NCBI GenBank assembly: GCA_002753465.1
Contig: PEAF01000002.1
Coordinates: forward strand, 10,942-74,941
DNA: 64,000 bases
Source: Candidatus Omnitrophota bacterium
Lineage (GTDB): Bacteria > Omnitrophota > Gorgyraeia > Zapsychrales > Fredricksoniimonadaceae
Reading direction: 5' to 3'
Program-made: the position numbers and the translations under genes
The notes under the pieces: model-generated
The model's input: the letters and a program-made list of their open reading frames with translations, nothing else
Database searches by the model: none
Told to the model about the DNA's origin: nothing
In this document: one piece after another, positions 29,205 through 38,518 of the stretch
Layout of the letters: each line of letters starts with the position of its first letter
Numbering within the stretch: the stretch's first letter is position 1

Positions 29205-30653
29205 TCAACTTTTAGGATTTTTGCATATGAGAGATGATTGTAACGCGGCGATATCTTTATCGTCGGCTAAAACAAGAAGGACGTCCCCGCCCTCAATACG
29301 GGTCGACCCATTAGGAATGATAAACTTATCTTCCCGTGAAATAAGGACGATCAGTGCTTTTGAAGGTACCTTCATTTCAAAGACCGTTTTACCGGCAGCC
29401 AATGACTCATAGGGAACAATAAGATCAGTTAAATTCGCCGGGATCGCCTCGGACCTTTCAAACTCGATAGGATATTTACGACGACGTCCCAAAGGCGTAT
29501 CAACATTGAACATCTTGGCGACCATAGGGATTGACATACCCTGGATAACAATAGAGATCAGGACAACAAAGAAAACGATATGAAATATTTGTGTCGCCTG
29601 CGGTATCCCAGATAATAATGGAAATGTCGCTAAAATAATGGGGGCGGCACCTCGCAACCCTACCCAGGCGATCATTCCCATACGATTAAACCCGAAGCCA
29701 AACGTTGAAAGAGACACAAAAACACTAAGTGGCCGCGCTACGAACATCAGGACCACGGCGATCAACACCCCCTGGCCAACAACAGGAGGGATAGCCGCTA
29801 TAGGCATCATTAATCCGAGAACAAGGAACATGCCGATCTGCATGAACCATGAAAGCCCCTCATGGAACTGCTTGACCGTCTTTTTATACATAAAATCCGC
29901 ATTCCCCATGACGAGGCCTGCGATATAGACAGCAAGAATGCCGCTGCCGTGAAGCAGCGATGTCGATGAATAAATAAGCAAAACGATAGCCGCAATCAAC
30001 GCGGGGTACAAACTGCCGAATTCAAGCTTAAGCCACCCTATGAACTTTAAACTGCCTTGCGCCATTAACCAGCCCACCAAAGCACCTGTACCCATTTCCA
30101 ACAAGAACTGAGGCACAAGCTCCGAAGGCGCTATATCCCCCTGAATAAGACGGATCAAGGCAATGGTCAGGAAAACAGCCATTGGATCATTGCTGCCTGA
30201 CTCAAACTCTAACAAAGGCCGTAATGACCCCTTAAGGCCAACCAAACGGGAACGCAAGATACTGAACACAGCCGCTGCATCAGTCGATGAAACAATGGCG
30301 CCCAGCAAAAAACCTTCCAAAAGACTAAAATGAAGCCAGTAAACCGCCGTAAGACCCACAATAACAGCTGTTAAGAGGACACCGAACGTAGACAATAAAA
30401 GCCCGGGTATGAGAATAGGGCGTATATCTTTTAGATCCGTGTCAAATCCACCCGTAAAGATAATAAAAACAAGCGCAACGATACCCAGCTGTTTGGCTAA
30501 CCAGGGATCATTGAAATGGATGCCTGCAAGAGCCGCCAACATACCGATGAAGAGGAAAAATACAAGGGCAGGAACCGCAAATTTATCTGACAATTTACTC
30601 GCCGCGATGCTCAGAAGAACAAGCGCCGATCCGATCAAAAAAGCAAACTCCAT
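29205..30653 (-). CDS. CPA1-family cation/H+ antiporter (NhaP-type) with C-terminal TrkA-C domain
   Basis: 482 aa; ~11 TM Na_H_exchanger core plus C-terminal regulatory domain. Confidence 0.7.
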   Translation of the reverse strand: MEFAFLIGSALVLLSIAASKLSDKFAVPALVFFLFIGMLAALAGIHFNDPWLAKQLGIVALVFIIFTGGFDTDLKDIRPILIPGLLLSTFGVLLTAVIVGLTAVYWLHFSLLEGFLLGAIVSSTDAAAVFSILRSRLVGLKGSLRPLLEFESGSNDPMAVFLTIALIRLIQGDIAPSELVPQFLLEMGTGALVGWLMAQGSLKFIGWLKLEFGSLYPALIAAIVLLIYSSTSLLHGSGILAVYIAGLVMGNADFMYKKTVKQFHEGLSWFMQIGMFLVLGLMMPIAAIPPVVGQGVLIAVVLMFVARPLSVFVSLSTFGFGFNRMGMIAWVGLRGAAPIILATFPLLSGIPQATQIFHIVFFVVLISIVIQGMSIPMVAKMFNVDTPLGRRRKYPIEFERSEAIPANLTDLIVPYESLAAGKTVFEMKVPSKALIVLISREDKFIIPNGSTRIEGGDVLLVLADDKDIAALQSSLICKNPKS

Positions 30654-31270
30654 TACACAGCCACTTTCATATTAAAGAAAGAATCTATCGTAGTATTCTC
30701 ATTCACACGCACATCCAGTGATCTTAAGTGCCCTGACAGTATCCGCTTCCAGCGGGCATCAGGATCAAGCGGTATGTATGAAGCATCAAAGTAATTTGTA
30801 GGGCACTGGAAATACGGCCCGTCTTCATGCAAAACAACAACATACTTCCTTCCCAGCAATGCGATTAACTGGCCCAGCAGGAATACAAACACCGGCGAAG
30901 GCGTCGTCATGGGTTTATCCACATCGATGTTCTTAAACCGTAACAAACAATCCCCATTCAGGACAATGACAACACAATGAACCTTGCCCATTTGACGGAC
31001 ATATTCGACAACAGACTCCCCCAGAGAAAAAGACAATTGACCCGTTACAACAGTGGCATCTGAAAGCACCAAAGCCCTGTGAATGTCATTATTCAATTCT
31101 TGATTAAGAGATGGAATAAAGAATATTTTCTTTAGCGTATTCTTCAGGTCAATCTCATCCGCGATATCCACATGATAACTTTTCAACTGATCAAGCCTGT
31201 GAATATCCCGCAAATCAATACGGACCCGTGGTAAAGTCGAGGAAGAACGTGACTGTTCATAGCCTACCAT
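30653..31270 (-). CDS. hypothetical protein (205 aa)
   Basis: ORF contiguous with downstream operon; no confident motif. Confidence 0.4.
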   Translation of the reverse strand: MVGYEQSRSSSTLPRVRIDLRDIHRLDQLKSYHVDIADEIDLKNTLKKIFFIPSLNQELNNDIHRALVLSDATVVTGQLSFSLGESVVEYVRQMGKVHCVVIVLNGDCLLRFKNIDVDKPMTTPSPVFVFLLGQLIALLGRKYVVVLHEDGPYFQCPTNYFDASYIPLDPDARWKRILSGHLRSLDVRVNENTTIDSFFNMKVAV

Positions 31271-31460
31271 ATGATCCCTCCTTTAACAGTATCAACATCA
31301 ACGCTGATTTAGTGAAAAACAAACATGGGGGTTTAATATCTAATCTTTTATAATTAATATTATTGTAGCATAATTTTTGTGACGTCAAATCCATAGGTAA
31401 TTTTTTATTCTTCAAAACATCAAATAAGAAGTAAAGTTTTCTTTTAATTGAAATATAACC

Positions 31461-31466
31461 TATAAT
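31461..31466 (+). promoter_or_regulatory. -10 box TATAAT 8 nt upstream of dusB ATG (possible leaderless transcript)
   Basis: TATAATtgtgcccATG; no SD between -10 and ATG. Confidence 0.3.
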
Positions 31467-31473
31467 TGTGCCC

Positions 31474-32436
31474 ATGAAATTAGGAAACTTTGAACTCAAC
31501 CAACCTCTTATTTTAGCACCGATGGAAGATGTCACGGATCTTCCCTTCCGCTTGATCTGCAAGCATCTTGGCGCTGACGTAACCGTAACTGAATTCACTG
31601 CCGCAGAAGCACTCATCAGGAACGTAGGCAGAGCTTTAAAAAAGATCGAGATCCTTGATGAAGAGCGTCCTGTCGGCATCCAACTTTTCGGTTCACGTCC
31701 GGAAGCATTGAAAGAAGCCGCCGGTATTGCCGAACAGATGAATCCCGACTTCATCGACATCAATTGCGGCTGCTGGGTCAAGAATCATGTGGCAAGGACC
31801 GAGGGTGCCGGATTGTTAAAAGACCTTCCTCTTTTTGAAAAGATCGTCAAAGCAACGGTTGCCGGAACAAAACTCCCGGTCACCGTTAAAACACGGCTGG
31901 GCTGGGATCAAGATTCAATTGTAATCATGGAAGTGGCTAAAATGGTCGAGGCCGCCGGCGCAAAAATGTTAACACTCCACTGCCGCACACGCGCTCAGGC
32001 GCACCGTGGATTTGCCGATTGGGCATGGCTTGAGCGTGTAAAAAAGACGATCAAGATCCCACTTATCGGAAACGGGGATATCATTACGCCTGACGATGCC
32101 AAGACCATGTTCGATACGGGCTGCGATGGCGTTATGATCGGCAGGGGTGCTGTCGCCAATCCCTGGATCTTCAAACAAATAAAACATTACTTACATACTG
32201 GAAATTTACTGCCTGAGGCGACCATTCATGACAAGATTGCCTTGTGCATTGAACATTTAGAGAATGCCTGCCGTGTAAAAAGCTGTCGCAACCCTGTGCT
32301 GGCTTTCCGCAAACACTACGTTGGATACCTTAAGGGGTTACCTGGGATATCCAAATTACGTGCAGACCTTATGCAACTTGACACGCTTGAACATGTACGC
32401 ACCCGCCTGCAGCAATACGCCGCTGAACACGCATAA
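31474..32436 (+). CDS. tRNA-dihydrouridine synthase (DusB-like)
   Basis: TIM-barrel Dus motifs LAPMEDVTDLPFR, catalytic Cys in HCR; ORF-track start is GTG at 31468, ATG at 31474 more likely. Confidence 0.85.
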   Translation: MKLGNFELNQPLILAPMEDVTDLPFRLICKHLGADVTVTEFTAAEALIRNVGRALKKIEILDEERPVGIQLFGSRPEALKEAAGIAEQMNPDFIDINCGCWVKNHVARTEGAGLLKDLPLFEKIVKATVAGTKLPVTVKTRLGWDQDSIVIMEVAKMVEAAGAKMLTLHCRTRAQAHRGFADWAWLERVKKTIKIPLIGNGDIITPDDAKTMFDTGCDGVMIGRGAVANPWIFKQIKHYLHTGNLLPEATIHDKIALCIEHLENACRVKSCRNPVLAFRKHYVGYLKGLPGISKLRADLMQLDTLEHVRTRLQQYAAEHA

Positions 32437-32444
32437 CACGTCGA

Positions 32445-32603
32445 TCAAAATAATGTGTAGATAAATGGAGCTACTGCAGAGCTCTGCGCAAAAACGATCA
32501 GAACGCTCAACAGGACAAGGATTATTAGAATAGGGGCCAGCCAAAAACGTTTACGTACTTTAAGAAAAGCCCACAATTCTTTCAATATCGATGCTTTTGA
32601 CAT
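32445..32603 (-). CDS. DUF5989/SxtK-like small membrane protein (52 aa), not in provided ORF track
   Basis: Translates to MSKASILKELWAFLKVRKRFWLAPILIILVLLSVLIVFAQSSAVAPFIYTLF with GAGGA SD; C-terminal APFIYTLF motif typical of DUF5989. Confidence 0.6.
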   Translation of the reverse strand: MSKASILKELWAFLKVRKRFWLAPILIILVLLSVLIVFAQSSAVAPFIYTLF

Positions 32604-32614
32604 ACCAATCCTCA

Positions 32615-33019
32615 CTAAAATTGTTGTTCACAACTCTCTTTTTGAAATGCAGCCTTCACTCTTTGATGCCAGTATGTCTTGGCGTTACGGTCGATCGTTC
32701 TGTTTAGGAAATCTTTTCCGATCAGCCTGAACAAAACGCCCAGAGGTGCAAAGAGTAAAAGGAATACCAGGCTCAAAATGACCGCAGTTACAATACTACC
32801 GATAAAATGTGCTGCACGCATCCACAATCCATATCCTGTCTTCAATGAAGGCCAATGACACGCCGTGACAACCAGGAAAATGGCACTGCAAATAAATAAT
32901 GTAATGGACGAACCCATAAGACCATGCTTTAAGGCCCCACCAACGCCGAAGATCAAAGAAATCAGCGTAAGCCCGCAACCGAAAAACAAAAGATCTTTCT
33001 GTTCTTTATTCATATTCAA
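32615..33019 (-). CDS. SxtJ-like small membrane protein
   Basis: 134 aa, 4 TM; start overlaps carbamoyltransferase stop by 4 nt; conserved partner of NodU/CmcH carbamoyltransferases. Confidence 0.5.
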   Translation of the reverse strand: MNMNKEQKDLLFFGCGLTLISLIFGVGGALKHGLMGSSITLFICSAIFLVVTACHWPSLKTGYGLWMRAAHFIGSIVTAVILSLVFLLLFAPLGVLFRLIGKDFLNRTIDRNAKTYWHQRVKAAFQKESCEQQF

Positions 33020-34848
33020 TCCAAGATCTGAGAGATCTTTTCTTTCGTATAGTCATCTTTACGGGGCTGATCAACTTTTAACACGATAAAACGATTCAAA
33101 ATCAAGGCATCCATATCCGTACACATAAAACAACGGTAAGCATCGTCAAGGGTGCAAACAATTGGCTCACCCCGGATGTTAAATGATGTGTTAATAATAA
33201 CAGGACAGCCGGTTTTATTGAAAAATGCGCGAATTATCTTGTAATAAAAAGGGCTGTTTTCCTCATCAACGGTTTGAACACGTGCGGAATAATCAACATG
33301 CGTTACGGCAGGGATAGAGGAACGTTTTACATTTAACCTGTCAATACCGGCAACCCCGGACAACTGCGACCCATGATCGATCTGAGACGAAGTCACAGGC
33401 GCCACCAAAAGCATATACGGGCTTTCGGTCGACAGGTCAAAATAGTCCCTGGCTTTCTCAGCCAAAACGCTTGGGGCAAAAGGACGGAATGACTCACGAA
33501 ATTTAATACGCAGGTTCATCTGCTGCTGCATCGTTGTCGATCGAGCATCGCCGATGATACTTCTTGTGCCCAATGCCCTCGGGCCGAACTCCATTCGCCC
33601 CTGCACAAGGCCGATCACCTTTCCTTGATCAATAAGATCTGCAATAGCCGAAAAAACCGTATCTGTCGAGTATTCATAATGCGGGATCTTATTTGACCCT
33701 AAAAAAGACACCACCTCATTATCTGCATATTCAGGCCCCAGACAAGAACCGGCTTGAAGATCATGGACCTCGTCCGCGCAGCGCGGATTATCCAAATAGC
33801 GGTGCCAGACAAATAATGCCGCCCCTAAAGCGCCCCCGGCATCACCGGCAGCAGGCTGTATCCAGATATTCTTAAACGAAGTTTGTTGAAGTATCTTACC
33901 GTTAGCCACACAATTAAGCGCAACCCCGCCGGCAAGGCACAAATTCGTCTCACCCGTAACCTCATGAATGAAATTGGCGGTTTTAACAATGATCTCTTCA
34001 GTTACATGCTGTACGGAACATGCCAAATCCATATCAAGCTCAGTGATCGGCGTTTCCGGAATTCTTGGCGCACGCCCGAAAAGACGATGGAACTTTGAGC
34101 TAGTCATTGTTAGTCCGGCGCAATAATTAAAATATGCCATATTTAGACGGAATGAACCATCAGGCTTAATATCAACGATCTCCCGACGGATAATATCCGC
34201 ATACTTCGGCGTGCCATACGGAGCGAGGCCCATCAGTTTATACTCGCCGGAATTAACCCTGAAACCACAGTAGTACGTGAACGCCGAGTAGAGCAAACCC
34301 AATGAATGCGGGAACCTCAACTCTTTATCCAGCGTAAGGGTATTTCCCAGACCCACTCCGAAGCTCGTCGTCGTCCATTCACCGACCCCATCCATCGTAA
34401 GCACTGCCGCACGTTGGAATGGAGAAGGAAAAAAGGCTGCCGCTGCATGTGATTCGTGGTGTTCGGGAAAGAGGATCTTTCCCTTGTAGTTAAGTTCGTT
34501 TAGAAGAAGATCCTTAAGAAAGATCTTCTCCTTAAGCCATACAGGCATGGCCTTCAAAAATGAGCTTAAACCGAAAGGAGCATAATTAAGATAAGTTAAA
34601 AGAAGCCGCTCTAATTTTAGAAACGGCTTCTCATAGAAACCAACATACGCAACATCATTGATCGTAATGCCAGCAGTTTTAAGGCAAAAATCAACAGCAT
34701 GACCCGGGAAAGATGCGTCGTGTTTTTTGCGGGTAAACCGCTCTTCTTGCGCTGCCGCTATGATCTTCCCATCTTTAAGAAGGCAGGCAGCACTGTCATG
34801 ATAATAGGCTGAGATACCCAAAATAAAGATGTGGTCGCTTGAAGTCAC
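33016..34848 (-). CDS. carbamoyltransferase (NodU/CmcH/HypF-like)
   Basis: 610 aa; N-terminal Kae1/YgjD-like fold (ILGISAYYHDSAACL...AAQEERFTRKKHD) and C-terminal carbamoyltransferase domain. Confidence 0.85.
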   Translation of the reverse strand: MTSSDHIFILGISAYYHDSAACLLKDGKIIAAAQEERFTRKKHDASFPGHAVDFCLKTAGITINDVAYVGFYEKPFLKLERLLLTYLNYAPFGLSSFLKAMPVWLKEKIFLKDLLLNELNYKGKILFPEHHESHAAAAFFPSPFQRAAVLTMDGVGEWTTTSFGVGLGNTLTLDKELRFPHSLGLLYSAFTYYCGFRVNSGEYKLMGLAPYGTPKYADIIRREIVDIKPDGSFRLNMAYFNYCAGLTMTSSKFHRLFGRAPRIPETPITELDMDLACSVQHVTEEIIVKTANFIHEVTGETNLCLAGGVALNCVANGKILQQTSFKNIWIQPAAGDAGGALGAALFVWHRYLDNPRCADEVHDLQAGSCLGPEYADNEVVSFLGSNKIPHYEYSTDTVFSAIADLIDQGKVIGLVQGRMEFGPRALGTRSIIGDARSTTMQQQMNLRIKFRESFRPFAPSVLAEKARDYFDLSTESPYMLLVAPVTSSQIDHGSQLSGVAGIDRLNVKRSSIPAVTHVDYSARVQTVDEENSPFYYKIIRAFFNKTGCPVIINTSFNIRGEPIVCTLDDAYRCFMCTDMDALILNRFIVLKVDQPRKDDYTKEKISQILD

Positions 34849-34874
34849 AATGAACCCTGAAAAAGCCTCACAGA

Positions 34875-35447
34875 TTACTTGAGGTAGGCTTTAATGATCT
34901 TCTGTTCTTCAACAGGACGATCACCAGGCCCGACCTCGACATTTTCGATCTTTTGAACAACGTCATAACCAGCAACAATCTCTCCGAAGATCGTATGGCG
35001 ATTGTTTAGCCATGGCGTCGGAACAGTTGTAATGAAAAACTGACTGCCATTGGTCGCGGGACCACTATTGGCCATGGCCAAAAGCCCCTTGCGGTCAAAT
35101 TTTACATTTGGCGAGAATTCATCTTCGAAACGGCCGCCCCAAAGGCTTTCACCACCGCGCCCGGTCCCTGTCGGATCTCCGCCTTGAACCATGAACGACT
35201 TGATGACACGGTGAAAAATCAGGCCGTTATAATATCCCTTAGCAACAAGGCCCTTAAAGTTCTCACAGGCCTTGGGCGCCACATCGTTAAACAATTTGAT
35301 CTCAACATTACCCTGATTGGTTTCCAGCACAACAACAGATTCATTAGCCCCCATACCCGTTTCCTCCTTCTGAGCCTGTACACAGCCCGTCATTGTTAAT
35401 GAAAAGATCCCTGCCGCGACCAAGAAAACCCTTAAAGCTGAAAACAT
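34875..35447 (-). CDS. cyclophilin-type peptidyl-prolyl cis-trans isomerase, secreted/lipoprotein
   Basis: 190 aa; signal peptide, FHRVIKSFMVQGGDP and WLNNRHTIFGEIV motifs. Confidence 0.85.
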   Translation of the reverse strand: MFSALRVFLVAAGIFSLTMTGCVQAQKEETGMGANESVVVLETNQGNVEIKLFNDVAPKACENFKGLVAKGYYNGLIFHRVIKSFMVQGGDPTGTGRGGESLWGGRFEDEFSPNVKFDRKGLLAMANSGPATNGSQFFITTVPTPWLNNRHTIFGEIVAGYDVVQKIENVEVGPGDRPVEEQKIIKAYLK

Positions 35448-35457
35448 AATTCACTCC

Positions 35458-35961
35458 TCAGTAGTAGTTTCGATTTCCATTATCCGGACTGAACACATCC
35501 TGTAATAAAGTCGCTTTTTCCGGGGCAACATTATCCGGCGGATCAAGCGGCTTTTGAGATTCTTTGGCAAACATTCTAGCCTGTAACGACATGTTCTCTT
35601 CATGAGAACGCGAAAGCTCATCTTTGAGAGATTTATTTTCTTGTTTTAAAAGATCGATCTGTCCCTGGAATATCTGTTTTAGTTTCTCTACCTGATCCTG
35701 ATGGTCTTCCTGAGAAAAAGCATTTTTCTGAAGCTGAGTTATCGCATGATTCTTCTCTTCGATCAATTTTTCCAATGTCATGAGTTTCAATACGGAAGCT
35801 TCATTGACCATCTTAAGTTCCATCTGTTCCTGAGACACAGCCCCACGGGGACCTTCAGCGGTAACGGGCACTGCGACGCCAGCGTCTTTAAACTCCTTCA
35901 TAAATACAAAAAGAAAGGCCCCTATCCCCGCAGCTAAAATGAAAATAAAAAGAATAAACAT
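35458..35961 (-). CDS. hypothetical membrane-anchored coiled-coil protein
   Basis: N-terminal TM then heptad-rich sequence. Confidence 0.4.
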   Translation of the reverse strand: MFILFIFILAAGIGAFLFVFMKEFKDAGVAVPVTAEGPRGAVSQEQMELKMVNEASVLKLMTLEKLIEEKNHAITQLQKNAFSQEDHQDQVEKLKQIFQGQIDLLKQENKSLKDELSRSHEENMSLQARMFAKESQKPLDPPDNVAPEKATLLQDVFSPDNGNRNYY

Positions 35962-35977
35962 TATGTTCCCCCAAAGA

Positions 35978-36664
35978 TCACATCAAACTAATAACTTCCG
36001 GCGGCAATGACTTTAATTCATCCACTCCCAGGACCTTGATGGACCACCTTAATAACTGCAGCTTATTGCGCAGTTTGGCTTGAGAAGGATCCTCTTTAGC
36101 TATCTTCTTTCGCGTCAGGAAAAAGATCTTACGCAGCGTATTCAGTACGATCCGCGCTTCCCTTGGCCTTTGATTGCCAACCGACAGAATGTCTTCAATG
36201 GCCGCATAAGCTAATTCATTGACATACGGCTCATAATGATCCATGCGCTGAATCAATAAAGGCATCATTGAATCAAAATATCTGTAACGGTCAATGATCA
36301 GAAGTGCACGCATGATCTCGATCTGAAAATAAACAGAATTTATGCGTTGAAGCTGCCTTAGAAAAACGCGCTCAACAATAGATTTTTCTTTCGAAACCGC
36401 CTGGGACGCAAACTTCTGCCTGAAAACAACAACAGCAGCTGTTTTTTTATGAATATTCAGTTCATCATCGTTAATCATAGCCAACAGCAGATCTTTCGTC
36501 GCTGTAGAGAGCTTGGCTGTGTAACCGACGATCAATGCCTTATCATCGAATATATCCGCCGCTACCGATAACGGCGCACTTGCCTGAGCCCCCACCGATG
36601 AAGCCAGACAGCTAACCAACAAGCATACCGCAATAAGGAAGGATCTATTCATCAATGACCTCAA
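35978..36664 (-). CDS. hypothetical secreted protein
   Basis: Signal peptide MRSLMNRSFLIAVCLLVSCLASSVGAQA; no motif. Confidence 0.4.
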   Translation of the reverse strand: MRSLMNRSFLIAVCLLVSCLASSVGAQASAPLSVAADIFDDKALIVGYTAKLSTATKDLLLAMINDDELNIHKKTAAVVVFRQKFASQAVSKEKSIVERVFLRQLQRINSVYFQIEIMRALLIIDRYRYFDSMMPLLIQRMDHYEPYVNELAYAAIEDILSVGNQRPREARIVLNTLRKIFFLTRKKIAKEDPSQAKLRNKLQLLRWSIKVLGVDELKSLPPEVISLM

Positions 36665-37520
36665 GTGTCATGTCGATCGCCTTGCGTGAATGCGTTAATG
36701 CCCCGATAGAGATACGGTCAACACCCGTTGCCGCGGCCATGCGTACATTGTGAATATTAATGCCGCCAGATGCCTCAAGCAAAGGCCTGTTCTTCCCGGG
36801 AAAACGGGCCTTGGTCAATCGCACCGCCTTCTTGAGATCCTGAGGTGACATATTATCTAAAAGGATCATTTCAGGAGACGCGTCGAGAACATCCTGCAGT
36901 TCGGGCAAAGAATCAACTTCGATCTCCACTTTAGCGCTCGTTTTTTGATGGGCCAGACGTACAACATCAGCCAAAGACGATTTCTTGGCACAGATAGCCC
37001 GATGATTGTCTTTGATCAACACCATATGCCCTAATCCAAAACGGTGATTGACGCCTCCACCGCATACAACGGCATAACGCTCAATGATACGCGAACCTGG
37101 TGTTGTTTTGCGTGTATCCATAATGCACGCTGTATACGGCTTGACAGCCTGACAGAAATCTCTGGTGCGAGTAGCGATCGCTGAAAGATAACTCAGGTAA
37201 TTAAGTGCAACGCGTTCACCCGTAAGAATGGCACGTGTACCGCCTTGCAATGAAATAATAACATCACCATGTACAACGAGATCCCCGTCATGCTTTCGGA
37301 TCGTTATTGTTAGTTTCGGATCAAGCTGACGAAAAACTTCTTTAACAAAATCCACGCCGCAGACAACGGACGGCTCTTTGGACATGATCGAGGCGCAACT
37401 TTTATGCGATTCAGGAATAAGTAAATTGGTCGTGATATCACCGGTGCCGACATCTTCTTCTAAAGCAACCTTAACCAGCTTACGCACATCCGCGACTGGT
37501 AACATATTAATATTTTTCAT
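36645..37520 (-). CDS. nadC: nicotinate-nucleotide pyrophosphorylase (carboxylating) NadC
   Basis: 291 aa QPRTase N- and C-domains. Confidence 0.85.
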   Translation of the reverse strand: MKNINMLPVADVRKLVKVALEEDVGTGDITTNLLIPESHKSCASIMSKEPSVVCGVDFVKEVFRQLDPKLTITIRKHDGDLVVHGDVIISLQGGTRAILTGERVALNYLSYLSAIATRTRDFCQAVKPYTACIMDTRKTTPGSRIIERYAVVCGGGVNHRFGLGHMVLIKDNHRAICAKKSSLADVVRLAHQKTSAKVEIEVDSLPELQDVLDASPEMILLDNMSPQDLKKAVRLTKARFPGKNRPLLEASGGINIHNVRMAAATGVDRISIGALTHSRKAIDMTLEVIDE

Positions 37521-37619
37521 AGTAACATCCTAGCATAAATGATCATAAAGTCATTTGAGCTTTAACAAAAAACGCAGGTCCTTATAATTTAATAAGAATC
37601 TGCGTTTAAAATATAAAAA

Positions 37620-37637
37620 CGGAGAAGGAGGGATTCG
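37620..37637 (-). repeat. 18-nt duplicate of tRNA-Ser 3' end (CGGAGAAGGAGGGATTCG)
   Basis: Identical to 37744-37761 and to 3' end of tRNA-Ser(GGA) at 51353; surrounding sequence does not fold as tRNA. Confidence 0.6.
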
Positions 37638-37743
37638 TTGCCCTTCACTCGCTACGCTCGTTCGGGTCAGACATCCGCATCGCCTAAAGGATGCTGCGCA
37701 TCCAGCGATGCTCCTTCGAATCCTTAAGATATAATTAAAAAAA

Positions 37744-37832
37744 CGGAGAAGGAGGGATTCGAACCCTCGGACCCAGTCACCCAGGTCAACTTCTTAGCAG
37801 GAAGCTCCAATCGGCCACTCTGGCACCTCTCC
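37744..37832 (-). tRNA. tRNA-Ser (anticodon GCU)
   Basis: Cloverleaf with GGAGAGG acceptor, anticodon loop CUGCUAA, long variable arm, GGTTCGAAT T-arm; 89 nt. Confidence 0.85.
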
Positions 37833-37837
37833 AAAAT

Positions 37838-38305
37838 CTATTTGCTCTTTTTCCTTTTTTTACGAAAGAACTCACTGATAACATCACCGCACTCATCAGC
37901 CAGTAAACCACTCTCAACTTTGACCTGATGATTCAGCGTATTGTTCTTAAGGATATTTACTACAGAACCGCACGCACCCGTCTTTGGTGCCGCTGCCCCA
38001 TAGAAGATTTTTTCCAAACGTGCGAGGACGATCGCCCCGGCGCACATCGAACAAGGCTCGATTGTAACATACAGCGTACAATCATGCAACCACTTGGACG
38101 ATAGAAAATTCGCCGCCTGTGTGATGGCGATCATTTCCGCGTGCGCGGTAGGATCCTTCAAAAGTTCAACCTGATCATACGCCCGCCCGATGATCTGCTG
38201 GCCGTGAACGATAACAGCCCCGACAGGCACCTCATCTTTAGAGGCGGCCTGATGCGCCTGTTTAAGCGCTTCACGCATCATGGCTTCATGAAATTTATAG
38301 TCCAT
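37838..38305 (-). CDS. tadA: tRNA-specific adenosine-34 deaminase TadA
   Basis: 155 aa; HAEMIAI...EPCSMCAGAI zinc motifs; flanked by tRNA-Arg(ACG) and tRNA-Ser. Confidence 0.8.
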   Translation of the reverse strand: MDYKFHEAMMREALKQAHQAASKDEVPVGAVIVHGQQIIGRAYDQVELLKDPTAHAEMIAITQAANFLSSKWLHDCTLYVTIEPCSMCAGAIVLARLEKIFYGAAAPKTGACGSVVNILKNNTLNHQVKVESGLLADECGDVISEFFRKKRKKSK

Positions 38306-38356
38306 AAATAAAAACTCCGCTTCCGTCGTATCGACAGAAACGGACCTTTTAAAAAA

Positions 38357-38430
38357 CGCGCCTGACAGGAGTCGAACCTGTAACCTTTTGATCCGTAGTC
38401 AAATGCTCTATCCAATTGAGCTACAGGCGC
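38357..38430 (-). tRNA. tRNA-Arg (anticodon ACG)
   Basis: 74-nt cloverleaf GCGCCTG...anticodon loop CUACGGA...GGTTCGACTCC. Confidence 0.85.
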
Positions 38431-38482
38431 AAAATACTGACTGATCTATTAAGAACACAACTTCCTGAAACAATGTTGCACA

Positions 38483-38510
38483 ATTTTACACAAAATCCTG
38501 ATTCTGACAA
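38483..38510 (-). promoter_or_regulatory. putative sigma70 promoter for tRNA-Arg-tadA-tRNA-Ser (TTGTCA-16-TGnTAAAAT)
   Basis: -35 TTGTCA, 16-nt spacer, extended -10 TGTGTAAAAT on minus strand ~55 nt upstream of tRNA-Arg. Confidence 0.4.
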
Positions 38511-38518
38511 GAAGAAAC

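Noticed and set aside
31257-31781. 174-aa minus-strand ORF overlapping dusB start
   Set aside because: Antisense to a well-supported dusB, overlaps its promoter; no motif.
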